Under the pieces are notes generated by a model. That model saw nothing but the letters and a program-made list of their open reading frames with translations. It made no database searches and was not told the DNA's origin. The position numbers and the translations under genes were made by a program. Shown piece after piece: positions 32,556 through 43,452 of a stretch of DNA of 64,000 bases. Source of the stretch: a virus; the IMG/VR virus record IMGVR_UViG_3300046168_000085, positions 1 through 64,000 of that record; one strand, 5' to 3'. Position 1 is the stretch's first letter, and each line of letters starts with the position of its first letter.

Positions 32556-33927
32556 TTACAGAGTAATACCAGGTAGCAGTTTGCTTGGAAGTTCAGGAAC
32601 TTCAGTAAGATGTAAGGCAGTTGGGTGGCCGCAATGTTCAATAGTTGTATAACCACTTGGACGATTGCAACCACTCCAACCCATCCCACCGAAAGGAACA
32701 ACACTTGCACAACCCGTGGTAGGACGATTCCAATTTACTATTCCCGTTTTGAGTTCTGCTTCTGCTTTCCAAAATAAATTCTTGTTCTTGGTGATGACAC
32801 CTGATACTAATCCGTACTTGGTGTCGTTTGCAATTTCTATTGCGTGTTCAAAAGTATTACTGCGAATAACTTGAAGCAACGGACCAAAATATTCTTCGTC
32901 TGGTAAATTCTTTATATCAGTAACATCAATGATACCAGGTTCAACTAATCTACTTGATGTTCCATTAATTTGTTTAAATTCTTTTAATATAGTTCCACCT
33001 AAACTTACCAAATGTTTTTGAGCATCTAAAATTCCGTTGACTGCATTCACCGAAATCATTGGTCCCATAAAGGTTCTGGAGTCATCAGTATATTCTCCGA
33101 TAACAAGTTTATCAGCTGCATCAATTAAATTACGAATTATACGATCACCTTCACACGCAGTTAATCCTTTGTTAACAATCAATCTTCGTGTACAAGTGCA
33201 TCTCTGACCAGTAGAAATAAATGCAGATTGAAGAAGAATGTTTGTAGCAGTATTAAGACCACCTGCTTCTTCAACAATTGTTGCATTGTTTCCACCCATT
33301 TCCAATGCGACAATCTTTTCTGGGATAATCACTTAATGCTTTGTAAATGCTATGACCAACTTTTGTACTTCCTGTAAAAAACACTCCGTCTAACAACGAA
33401 TTATCAATTACATCTGCTCCACTTCCTTCGCATAAAATTACCACGTCTTTTGGTATTCCTGCTTGATGTAAAAGTTCCACCATTTTTCGTCCTGTTTCAG
33501 GAGTCAATGAACTTGGTTTAAATACAACAGAATTCCCTGCGAGAAGCAAAGGAACGATGTGTCCGTTTGGAAGATGACCAGGAAAGTTGAATGGACCAAT
33601 AACTGCAAAAACACCGAATGGTTTGAATCGTGCTTGTATTCCCATATCAGCATGAACTGATCGTAACGCATTAAGACGATCATTGTAAGATTCAAATGTT
33701 ACATCAATTTTTCCGACCATTGCTCCAACTTCAGATTTGGAATCCCATAAAGGTTTTCCGTGTTCTTTTGATATGGTCTCGGCGATTATATCAGAATTTG
33801 CTTCTAATAACTTTTTGTATTTTCTAAGAATACTTTTACGATGCTGAATTGTAGTTTTTCTCCAACTATCAAATCCTAGTTTGGCACTCTTGAATTTATC
33901 ATTTATTTCGTTTTTGCTAAGTGCCAT
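32556..33927 (-). CDS. astD: Succinylglutamate-semialdehyde dehydrogenase (frameshift near 33330)
   Basis: GPFNFPGHLPNGHIVP, FTGS, ALEMGGNN, FISTGQRCTC, DEEYFGP, GIVNWNRPTTG. Confidence 0.92.
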
Positions 33928-34722
33928 TACTTATTATCCGTACTTTCAAAAATTTTATCGGCAGAACCTGCAATAAATCCGTCAAAATTATTATGACGCA
34001 ATGCAAATTCATAATAGCATCCAGGAATTTCAAATAATTGTCCCTCCTCTGAATCAAACTCAACGGATACATTTTCTGCCATAATACTTGATTGCTCTAG
34101 TCCTTGTTTAACTGAACCTTTTATTTCACCACCTGAATCATTTATTCTATATCCGTTTTCTTTCAAATATGAATTTACCTGTCCAAGATTTTCAAACGAA
34201 GAACAATCTGTGACACTTATTGTAAAATGATTAACGATAAAACCAAATGTGGCCACCCAAAGCTGCATACTCACTTTCTTCTTTTAAAAAGTCATAAGTT
34301 TCTTTTGTAATCATGCCCCACGGAGTTCCACAATTACAGAAATCAAAAGCATCTAGTTGCTCGTTGGATATTTGGTTAACTAATCTGTCAATCGTATCTT
34401 GTAATTCTTGTGAAAATTCTTCTAATCTTAGTTCACTAATAAATACCCGTGTCAAATCATCATCAGAATGTAAATAATATGTTGCATCGAGTTTCTTTTT
34501 TTCAAATGCTAAGTCTTCAACTTCTGAATATCCACTCTTTACAAAAGATTTGGCAAGAACACTACGATTAATACGTGGATGATTGAATGTTCTTAATGCA
34601 ATATGATCATTCTTTACCGAAGTTCCTTCGTGTTGCTCAATGAGTTTTTTTACTTTAACAACTTGCGGATTTACACGTGAATACATACTCCACATATCAT
34701 CAAACAATTCTCGTATATTCAT
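33927..34722 (-). CDS. DUF1338 family protein (HglS/YdcJ-related fold; frameshift near 34265)
   Basis: NDHIALRT, VFISEL, ESEYAA.W, NHFT, LEQSS, YYEFA.R. Confidence 0.85.
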
Positions 34723-34950
34723 AATAAATCTAACCTTTCATTTACCTTCTCAAGCATTTTTTCATAATTTATTCTGTTTGAACGGGTTGTCGTATCATCA
34801 CCCCACTCGATACAATCTTCAAGTTGGTCTTTTAACCATCGTAACTCTTTTTTATTAAATGGAGTGGTTATACCGTTTACTTTAAATGTTTTCTGATGGA
34901 TATCTTCTGGATTCTCCACACATTTTTTTAAAGTATTCCTCAAAGTCCAT

Positions 34951-35539
34951 TTATTCTTCTTCAACTCTTTCTACTTGCCAATTTTCTAATTCAACTGGAG
35001 TTTCGCGACCAAATATGCTGACAAGCACTTTTAGTTTTTGATGCTCTGTATCAACTTCTGCCAATTGCTCCTTGTAGACCAACAAAAGGTCCATCTAAAA
35101 TTGTAACTTGTTGACCTACATCATAATAAGACTTTGGAACTTCTTTATTTTGAAACTTTTGCTATATGATATTTGATCGTGTCAATTTCTTTGTTCTTAA
35201 TTGAACGGGATTTTTTCCACCTATAAATCCAGTTACACCATTTATTGAGTAATAAAGTAGTATGCATCTGCGTTTAATTCGGTTGGATTTTCTTCATCGA
35301 AAATATTCATACGCACAAAAAGATATCCTGGATATAATTTCCGTACACGTGCATTTTTTCTTACCTTGCTTAACCGTTGTAACAATTTCAGAAGGCATCA
35401 AAACCTCATAAAAATAATCTTTATGTTTAGGTTCAGTTTCCAAACCCTTTTCAATGAGGTTTTTTACTCTGTCTTCAAAATTGGATAATACTTTTAAAGT
35501 ATACCATTTATTTTTTTGTTCTGTTTGTAAAGTTTCCAT
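34951..35539 (-). CDS. nusG: Transcription termination/antitermination factor NusG (several frameshifts)
   Basis: [13 protein letters not shown]-terminus; [12 protein letters not shown] 'ILDGPF' and [13 protein letters not shown] read in shifted frames. Confidence 0.85.
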
Positions 35540-35591
35540 AATTTGTTTAGGTAATAATATATACAAAAATATATATATTTACAAGCACTTA

Positions 35592-35843
35592 TTAAACAAA
35601 AAAAGAATCGTTTACTTTTTTATTTGATGTAACTCCACACTGAGATGTTTCGTAATACCACTTCTCAAGACGTTCAACTAATTCTTTTTTCGTTCCACCA
35701 ATTTTAAGTTTATGCTTTTTGCACATCTCTTTTAATTTTGAAAGTGGCAAATGCTTGTATCCTCGTTTATCTACCGACTCATCGTATTGAACATGGTTCA
35801 TTTTATTTTTGAGTATTTCTCCTGCTTTTGTGTCTTCCGTCAA
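35592..35843 (-). CDS. SAP-domain DNA-binding protein
   Basis: LPLSKLKEMCKKHKLKIGGTKKELVERL matches the SAP consensus. Confidence 0.75.
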   Translation of the reverse strand: MTEDTKAGEILKNKMNHVQYDESVDKRGYKHLPLSKLKEMCKKHKLKIGGTKKELVERLEKWYYETSQCGVTSNKKVNDSFFV

Positions 35844-36641
35844 AATATTTCCAAATTCTTTACTATCGTCTGTTCCAATGCATGGATACTGAAGTTTCCT
35901 TGTGCTTTTATTACATATGTTGCGTGACCTTTTGGGTTCATTCCCACTTCATCCCAAGTTTGCTCAACAATGTGACCAACTCGTTTTGATCCAGCAAACA
36001 CGAAAACGACTGTATCATTTATTTTATATAAATGTCGTTTAGGATAATTTTTTCGTTTACCCCTACGTTTCATTGAAACTAACACAACAATTTAATTTGG
36101 TAGGATCAAACCATCAGTTGACGGTATATCAACCACTCGTTCTTCGGGATCAGTTTTTGGTTCGTCTGCACTGAGCCTTGATATACGAGTTCTCCAGTCT
36201 GCGTCTTCTCCGTTGTATTCATCGATAATATCACGAAGATGTTCAAGGTAATCACTTGGCCAGGAATTATAGTCAACTGATGTTTCTGTAATTGGGAATG
36301 GTTGCATTGGTTTATCTGCAAATAAATCTATATCATTTTCAGTGTACATAGTGTTTGCAAAATTTTCATCTAACTTTCCGAATACATCTTCGTATCTATC
36401 TTGTAAATAATTCATTTTTTTATCATACTCATAATTTACATCAATGTAAATACTTGTTGTATTGTCCGTGCAACTTTCTGTTTCAAAATTTTCAGGTTCA
36501 TATCCAGGAGCATACTCAAGGTGAAGACCAGTTTCGTCAATAGCCCACCACTCAGTCCATTCCGGGCAAGAAAGTATCTCGTTCGGTTGGTTCATTTCAA
36601 AAATTAGATCATCCATTGTCATTTTACCTTTCTATATATAT

Positions 36642-38111
36642 TCAACTTTTTTGCCAAACCCACACTGGTTCTCCGAAACTTCCTTCACGTTCGTGATACT
36701 CGGTGTCCATTTTGCTATCGTCAGTATCTTCCGCAGTTCCGATTCCAAGGCAGTTTGGTCGTTTTGCCATTTCCATTCCAAAGCACTCTACATAACTTGC
36801 ATTATTCTTTTTACTAAGATGCTCGTTCATTGGATCACAAATTTTTAACCACTGCTTCCCACCCTTCATACCTTTGCTTGTGGTATTTACATCACTTATA
36901 TTTACCATCAGTAACCCACCTTCTTTTAATGTTGTTAAAACATTATTTAATGCTTTGTGCAAAAAGTCTTTATTCCAACGATCAATATTTTTATGACGAA
37001 CCCAACTTTGTGTGTCATCATAACTATATCGTTCCACGGAAAAATAAGGTGGACTGGTAAATATTAAGTCAACCGAGTCTTTATATTCTGTCAAATCTGC
37101 ATCTTCTGCCGGTGAAGGAATGAAATCAGTTTCTTTTTTCTTACCTAACCAGGATTCATAGAATTCTTTTTGTTTATCATATATAGGATGATTTTCTGTC
37201 CGTGGGTCAATGCCAATATATTTTGTTGCTTTACTTGCATAAAAACCACACAATCTGTCACCCCAACCCATGCTAAAATCTAATACAACTTGTGCATCTC
37301 TATACTTTTCTGGTTCGTTAGTTTTTTTATCCAATATTATTTTATCATCTTCATCAGTTTTATGATGAGTTGGTACATTATCTCTAAATTTCTTTAGTAA
37401 TGAATCAGGATAAAACTGATAAATTAATTTTGCGACATTGGGTTTGAATTGACTGCAAATGTATTTACGCAATCCTATACTTGTTCTTAAAGTAGATTTA
37501 TCAACTTTTTCTGCTTTTAATGTAAACAAACTTCCCATTAAACTTGTCATGAATTCTTTGCTATTCCATGTACGCAAGGGTCCAGGTGATACACTTCCAT
37601 CTACACTCCAACGATTTTCTTGCTGAAAATAGTTACTTGCTTTATTACCTTTATTGTTTCTTTTTAAGATACGATCACTTAAAGGAAATTTTTTTGAATA
37701 TACAGACCTAGCAAACCAAGGAGTTTCTGTGAATAAAGAATCTTGTCTTTGTTTTTTTACTATGCTAGAACTTTTTTCGTGTTTTTCTTTTTGCTCATTC
37801 GTCATTTCAAACGATTCGTAAAAAGATGTATTTACACTCTTCGCCTCTTCCGTAGTTTCGTTTAAATCTTTGTATGTGAATTTTTCCAATAAATGAAAAT
37901 CTTTTTCTGCTTCGTATGGACAGATCTCCATATACGGAAGATCATATTGCATTAAAATTTCTGCAAGAGTTTCTTTTATATCTTCTTTGTCGTACTTCTC
38001 TTTTAATCGTGTCCAATTTACTGGATCAATTTCATAATAAGGTTTTACTAGTTTTCCCTCGGAATCTTTATATTCTTCTTTTATATAATTTTTAAACTCT
38101 TCAATAATCAT
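36642..38111 (-). CDS. Phage DNA methyltransferase-like protein (same family as 14041-15111)
   Basis: SQFKP, DFSMGWGDRLCG, FTSPPYF..ERY. Confidence 0.8.
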   Translation of the reverse strand: MIIEEFKNYIKEEYKDSEGKLVKPYYEIDPVNWTRLKEKYDKEDIKETLAEILMQYDLPYMEICPYEAEKDFHLLEKFTYKDLNETTEEAKSVNTSFYESFEMTNEQKEKHEKSSSIVKKQRQDSLFTETPWFARSVYSKKFPLSDRILKRNNKGNKASNYFQQENRWSVDGSVSPGPLRTWNSKEFMTSLMGSLFTLKAEKVDKSTLRTSIGLRKYICSQFKPNVAKLIYQFYPDSLLKKFRDNVPTHHKTDEDDKIILDKKTNEPEKYRDAQVVLDFSMGWGDRLCGFYASKATKYIGIDPRTENHPIYDKQKEFYESWLGKKKETDFIPSPAEDADLTEYKDSVDLIFTSPPYFSVERYSYDDTQSWVRHKNIDRWNKDFLHKALNNVLTTLKEGGLLMVNISDVNTTSKGMKGGKQWLKICDPMNEHLSKKNNASYVECFGMEMAKRPNCLGIGTAEDTDDSKMDTEYHEREGSFGEPVWVWQKS

Positions 38112-38155
38112 TTTACTATTATTATATAAACTAAGATATTAGTCAAACTCAAAAA

Positions 38156-39508
38156 TTAGCACTCAGTTACATTTACTGCCAATCCACCTTTACTTGTTTC
38201 TTTGTATTTGCTTTTCATATCAGCACCAGTTGCTTTCATTGTTTTTATTACGTCATCCAATGAAATTTTTGTATCGTTTTCATTAAGCATTGCCATACGA
38301 CTTGCATTAATTGCCTTTCCAACTCCAATTGCATTTCGTTCTATACATGGTATTTGTACAAGTCCTGCAACAGGATCACAAGTTAATCCTAAATTATGCT
38401 CCATAGCAATTTCGGCCGCATTTTCTACTTGCTTTAAAGTTCCTCCTACAATTTCAGTTAATGCACCGGCTGCCATACTACAAGCAACTCCCACTTCTCC
38501 TTGGCATCCTACTTCTGCACCTGATAAACTTGCATTCATTTTGTATAACATAGCAATTACTCCAGCCGTTAATAAAAACTTGATTTCCCAATCTTCTGAT
38601 TTTTCGTGGACATACTCTTTAATATACATCATTGTTGCGGGAATAATACCAGATGCTCCGTTGGTAGGAGCAGTAACAACACGATTCATAGCTGCGTTTT
38701 CTTCGTTAACCGCAATCGCACAAATGCTTGAATAATCAAGAAATGCTTGATTATCAAGTTCATTGTTTTTAAGAAAGTTTTCGTACATAATCGCAGCTCT
38801 TCGTTCTACATTTATTGTACCAGGAAGCATACCTTGAGTTGTTAATCCTCTGTCTACGCATTCTTGCATTATTCTCCATATTCTGCGTAATTCTGTTTTG
38901 GTTGTTTTTTCTTTTCTGAAACACTTTTCATTTTCCAACACCACATCAGATATTTTCAAATTACGATTTTCTGCGATAGTAAATAATTCTTCCGCACAAG
39001 AAAATTCATTGGTGAGTTTTCTTTTGGAAGTTTTAACTTTATTCTTTTTTGCGTTACTTTCTGTTACCACAAAACCACCACCAATGCTATAATACATTCT
39101 CGTAGCAACTTCTTTACTTTTTGTATAAGCATAAAACTTTATTCCATTGGGATGATACGGAAGTTTTTTCTTTTTGTTGAAAATTATATCATTCTGCGTG
39201 AATTTAATTTTACGAATGCCACCGAGTTTTATTTCTCCGTCAAGAGAATCAACTTCATTTAATTGTTGTTGTTTTACTTGATCCGGTGCATAATTCAATA
39301 AACCGAGTTGAATTGCAATCGGAGTTCCGTGACCTTCACCTGTTAATGCAAGTGAACCAAACAACTCAATTTTGATTGAATCGACTTCACCAAATACTTT
39401 TTTGTGTTTCAAAAAAGAAACAAACTTTCTTGATGCTTGGATAGGACCTGTGGTGTGTGAACTTGAAGGACCTATTCCAATTTTGAAAAAGTCAAGAACA
39501 CTATACAT
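38156..39508 (-). CDS. sdaA: L-serine dehydratase (Fe-S, single chain)
   Basis: GIGPSSSHT.GP, YYSIGGGF, VTAPTNGASG, GCQGEVG, GLTCDP, QIPCIERN, YKETSKGGLA. Confidence 0.97.
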   Translation of the reverse strand: MYSVLDFFKIGIGPSSSHTTGPIQASRKFVSFLKHKKVFGEVDSIKIELFGSLALTGEGHGTPIAIQLGLLNYAPDQVKQQQLNEVDSLDGEIKLGGIRKIKFTQNDIIFNKKKKLPYHPNGIKFYAYTKSKEVATRMYYSIGGGFVVTESNAKKNKVKTSKRKLTNEFSCAEELFTIAENRNLKISDVVLENEKCFRKEKTTKTELRRIWRIMQECVDRGLTTQGMLPGTINVERRAAIMYENFLKNNELDNQAFLDYSSICAIAVNEENAAMNRVVTAPTNGASGIIPATMMYIKEYVHEKSEDWEIKFLLTAGVIAMLYKMNASLSGAEVGCQGEVGVACSMAAGALTEIVGGTLKQVENAAEIAMEHNLGLTCDPVAGLVQIPCIERNAIGVGKAINASRMAMLNENDTKISLDDVIKTMKATGADMKSKYKETSKGGLAVNVTEC

Positions 39509-41358
39509 TATTCAAGAAACTTGAATGTACCACCTAGAATTTTCTTTGCGAAAGAATAATTCTTTTTGTCGTTATTGTTGCTCATTCCACTAAAGTTGTT
39601 TTTGATTTTGATTTTTGCTTCACTAAAAACCACATCCATCAACTCAAGATATTCAGCTGCTTTTTCAGGATCATCTTTGATCATGCTATCAATACGTAAT
39701 GCACACGCAGATATTACAAACAACTCAGTTCCAATTTCAGTCAAACGACCAAGAAGCATTTGTTGTTTGTCTAATGAAGGACCGTATCGTGCCATTGAGT
39801 GAAATAGTTTTCTGCTTAATTTCTTGCTTGTTCTTGAAACATAAAGAAGATACTTTTTGACTGCTCCATTTACTCCCGTGGGTCCTGAATTGAAAGTTGG
39901 TAACCATTGTTTTGGATACCAAGTTGCATAGTGTATTCCTGCTCCGATAGCTGCCTTTAAACGAACCATCAATGGAAGACGTGAATCAAGAACTGCTCCG
40001 GCTGCTTTAAGATGTGGATCAAGTGCTTCACGTGCCAAAAGCAAACGCATAATTTCACTTGAACCTTCAAAGATCATATTGATACGACAATCACGAAGAA
40101 ATCTTTCCACAGGAATTGGATCAGAACCACGATTGCGAAGTGAGTCAGCAGTTTCGTAACCACGACCACCACGTATTTGCATCGTTTCGTCTGCTACTTT
40201 CCATGCTTCTTCTGTTCCCCACATTTTACACATTGCAGATTCCACACGAATATCTGCTTTTTTACCATCCACTAAACTTGATGTAAAAAGAACGATACTT
40301 TCAGTTGCGAAATTCTTGGCCGCAATCTTAGCAATTTTATCACCAATTGCTTGGTGTTTACCAATAGCACATCCCCACTGTTCACGTGATGAACCCCACT
40401 CACGACAAATCTTTAAGCAACTACGCATAAGTCCCACACAAGCAGCCGGTAATGTAAGACGACCTGTATTCAATGTGCTAAGTGCAACCTTGAGTCCTTT
40501 GCCTTCTCCTGCTACCAAATTCTCCACAGGTATCTTTACATCGGTAAATCTTACAACACCATTATACAATGCTTTAAGACCCATAAAACGACATCGAGTA
40601 ACTACTTCTACACCAGGTGTATCCATATCAAGAATAAATGCCGAAATGCTTTTACGCATTTTGCCTTTAATTTCTGTATCAGGTGTTCTTGCCATTACAA
40701 TAATAACACTTGCTTTTACTCCATTTGTACACCAAAGTTTTTCTCCGTTTAAAACATAATGAGTTTTATCTTCTGATAACTCTGCGTAAACCGTCATTTG
40801 TGCAGGATCACTTCCTACAGTTTCTTCAGTCAACGCAAACGCACTAATTTCTCCTTTACCAAAACGAGGAAGATGCTTTTTCTTTTGTTCGTCTGTTCCG
40901 TAAAGTAACAATGGTTGAGGAACTCCGATACTTTGATGTGCTGATACTAACGCAGTTATATTTCCGCACACTTCACCCAACTTCATAGCCGCACGTGAAT
41001 AATTTGTTTGTGATAAACCACGACCACCATATTCCGTTGGAATTTTAATTGCGAATGCACCAATCTTTGCAAGTTCTTTAAATACTTCATCAGGAATTTC
41101 ACCTTCACGATCAATTGCGTCTGCATCTACATACTTGTCTAACACATCACCCAATTCATTCAAGAAAATATCTCCTTTTGCTTTGTCTTCTGCTTTTTGT
41201 TTCGGAAATGGATAAATCAAATCATAATTTGCTTCACCTGTAAACAAACCACCACTAAAACTTTTTGTTCCTTTTTTTCCTTTATCACGTGCAGCCTCGG
41301 CTGCTTCCAAGGCATCTGCTTTACCCTTGGACATTTTTGAAGTATCTATTTCACTCAT
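39508..41358 (-). CDS. fadE: Acyl-CoA dehydrogenase (FadE/ACAD9-like)
   Basis: AFALTE..GSD, LNGEKLWCTNG, R.QWG..IG, QIRGGRGY, IFEGSSEI. Confidence 0.93.
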   Translation of the reverse strand: MSEIDTSKMSKGKADALEAAEAARDKGKKGTKSFSGGLFTGEANYDLIYPFPKQKAEDKAKGDIFLNELGDVLDKYVDADAIDREGEIPDEVFKELAKIGAFAIKIPTEYGGRGLSQTNYSRAAMKLGEVCGNITALVSAHQSIGVPQPLLLYGTDEQKKKHLPRFGKGEISAFALTEETVGSDPAQMTVYAELSEDKTHYVLNGEKLWCTNGVKASVIIVMARTPDTEIKGKMRKSISAFILDMDTPGVEVVTRCRFMGLKALYNGVVRFTDVKIPVENLVAGEGKGLKVALSTLNTGRLTLPAACVGLMRSCLKICREWGSSREQWGCAIGKHQAIGDKIAKIAAKNFATESIVLFTSSLVDGKKADIRVESAMCKMWGTEEAWKVADETMQIRGGRGYETADSLRNRGSDPIPVERFLRDCRINMIFEGSSEIMRLLLAREALDPHLKAAGAVLDSRLPLMVRLKAAIGAGIHYATWYPKQWLPTFNSGPTGVNGAVKKYLLYVSRTSKKLSRKLFHSMARYGPSLDKQQMLLGRLTEIGTELFVISACALRIDSMIKDDPEKAAEYLELMDVVFSEAKIKIKNNFSGMSNNNDKKNYSFAKKILGGTFKFLE

Positions 41359-41360
41359 TG

Positions 41361-43451
41361 TTATTTATCCTCGTAGAATTTTTTGTTTGTTTTTGCGTAT
41401 TCAAGAAGCATATCACACGGAGTAAAGTATGCATCTTTTTTTGCTAGTTCTTGTAATTTTTGAACAACTTTTAATGCTCCTAAATTATCAAGATACGAAA
41501 TTGGTCCTCCACGAAATGGAGCCCATCCAGTTCCCATTATCATTCCAAAGTCTACATCCTTTGGACTATTTACAACTTCTTCTTGTAAACAACGAACTGC
41601 TTCGTTAACCATAATTAAAATTAAACGATCAACAATTTCTTCATCTGCAATTTCTTGATTTATATAAGCAGATTGGATTGCTGATGTAGGTAACTTAGAA
41701 CTTACACCTGTTGATTTTCCATTTGTATATTTGTAAAATCCACGACCACTTTTTTTACCTACATCTTTGTTGTCGATCATTAACTTCAAAAACTCTGATT
41801 TAGGAAAATTAGTTTCAAGACGATTCAGCAGATCATCTGCGACGTGTTGACATACATCCCCTCCTACTTCATCAATTAAACGAAACGGTCCCATTGGCAT
41901 TCCAAACTTACGCAACAACTTATCGACTCGTTCAATGTCTGCACCACACGAAACCATATAAACTGCTTCAATCAAATATGGCATAAGAATTCTATTAACA
42001 AGAAATCCAGGTGAATCTTTTACCACCACAGGAAGTTTACCTGTCTTTTTAACAAACTGAGTTGCTTTTAAAACGGTTTCCTCGGAGGTACATTCTCCAC
42101 GAACCACTTCCACTAATTTCATTTTGTGAACAGGATTAAAATAATGTATTCCGACCACTCGTTCTTTATGTTGCATTTTTTCTGCGACATCTACAATACT
42201 AAGTGCTGATGTGTTTGTTGCAAGAATTGTATCATCACGAACAAGTGTTTCAAGTTCCGCAAATAAATCCTGCTTGATTTCAAGTTGCTCAATCGCAGCT
42301 TCTACTACTAAATCAACACTTTTCATTGGCATAGATTCGGTGATAGGTGTAACATTATCAAACTTACTTGATGCTTCTGCTTTAGTCATCACTCGTTTGC
42401 TTACAGCTGCTGAGTACAATTTACTTATGCTTGCAATTCCTTTTGCTACAAACTCTGGTTTAATATCCTTGAGCAATACTTTGATTCCTCTTGAACTAAT
42501 CCATTGTGCAATACCTGCACCCATCACTCCTGCTCCTATAACCGCAGTATTTTTTACTTTAAAGTCTTTGTCACTTTTTGTTTTCTTGCTTCGTTCTTGT
42601 AAAAAGAATATGTTCACCAAATTGTTTGCTACATCTGAAGTAAGAAGTTCTGCAAATGCTTTTTGTTCAAGTTTAAGTGATTCTTCACGACTTACACCAA
42701 GACCTTTCACCATAACATCAATTGCTTTCAACGGAGCAGGATAAACGCCACCTGTTGTTTTAATAACATTTTTGGTTGCTTTGCTTTTTGCGATATACTT
42801 CAACGGAAAACGATTTAATAAATGAGACTTGTATTTCTTTTTTCCATTTAGTAACATTGCTTTTGCAGATGCTTCCAAATTTTCTTTGTATACCGCACGA
42901 TCAATCATTCCAAGTTTAAGTGCCAACTTTGGAACAACCACTTTACCTGCTAGAATAATTCCCATTGCTCCAGGTAACCCAATCATTCTTGGTAAACGAG
43001 TTGATCCACCCCAAGCAGGAAGAATTCCAAGCATCGTTTCTGGTAAACCAATTTTAGTTGCTGAATCTAATGTTGCAACACGATGATCACACGCAAGTGC
43101 AAGTTCATATCCACCACCCAAACACGCACCGTGAATTGCAGCCACAGTTACACACGACAAATCCTCAATACGATCAAATGTATGCTGACCAAGTTTTACT
43201 AAATAAGAAATTCTTTCAGGTGTAGGATCATCTGCGAATGATTTCAAATCCGCACCTGCGATGAATATACTTGGTTTAGCACTTTGAAATACCACTCCTT
43301 TGATCGTCTTACTGCTATCTTCTATAAAATCAAGATGATCATTTAATTCTGCAAACATATTTTCATCAAACACGTTAGCAATTGAATTTTCTTGATCAAA
43401 TGTTATTGTAACAACATCATTTAATTGTTCTAGTTTAATTGACTTGCTCAT
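41361..43451 (-). CDS. fadJ: Fatty-acid oxidation complex alpha subunit (enoyl-CoA hydratase/3-hydroxyacyl-CoA dehydrogenase)
   Basis: FIAGAD, CLGGGYELALAC, GLPE..LG..P, GAGVMGAGIA, ATNTS, HYFNP, PGFLVNR. Confidence 0.95.
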   Translation of the reverse strand: MSKSIKLEQLNDVVTITFDQENSIANVFDENMFAELNDHLDFIEDSSKTIKGVVFQSAKPSIFIAGADLKSFADDPTPERISYLVKLGQHTFDRIEDLSCVTVAAIHGACLGGGYELALACDHRVATLDSATKIGLPETMLGILPAWGGSTRLPRMIGLPGAMGIILAGKVVVPKLALKLGMIDRAVYKENLEASAKAMLLNGKKKYKSHLLNRFPLKYIAKSKATKNVIKTTGGVYPAPLKAIDVMVKGLGVSREESLKLEQKAFAELLTSDVANNLVNIFFLQERSKKTKSDKDFKVKNTAVIGAGVMGAGIAQWISSRGIKVLLKDIKPEFVAKGIASISKLYSAAVSKRVMTKAEASSKFDNVTPITESMPMKSVDLVVEAAIEQLEIKQDLFAELETLVRDDTILATNTSALSIVDVAEKMQHKERVVGIHYFNPVHKMKLVEVVRGECTSEETVLKATQFVKKTGKLPVVVKDSPGFLVNRILMPYLIEAVYMVSCGADIERVDKLLRKFGMPMGPFRLIDEVGGDVCQHVADDLLNRLETNFPKSEFLKLMIDNKDVGKKSGRGFYKYTNGKSTGVSSKLPTSAIQSAYINQEIADEEIVDRLILIMVNEAVRCLQEEVVNSPKDVDFGMIMGTGWAPFRGGPISYLDNLGALKVVQKLQELAKKDAYFTPCDMLLEYAKTNKKFYEDK

Positions 43452-43452
43452 T

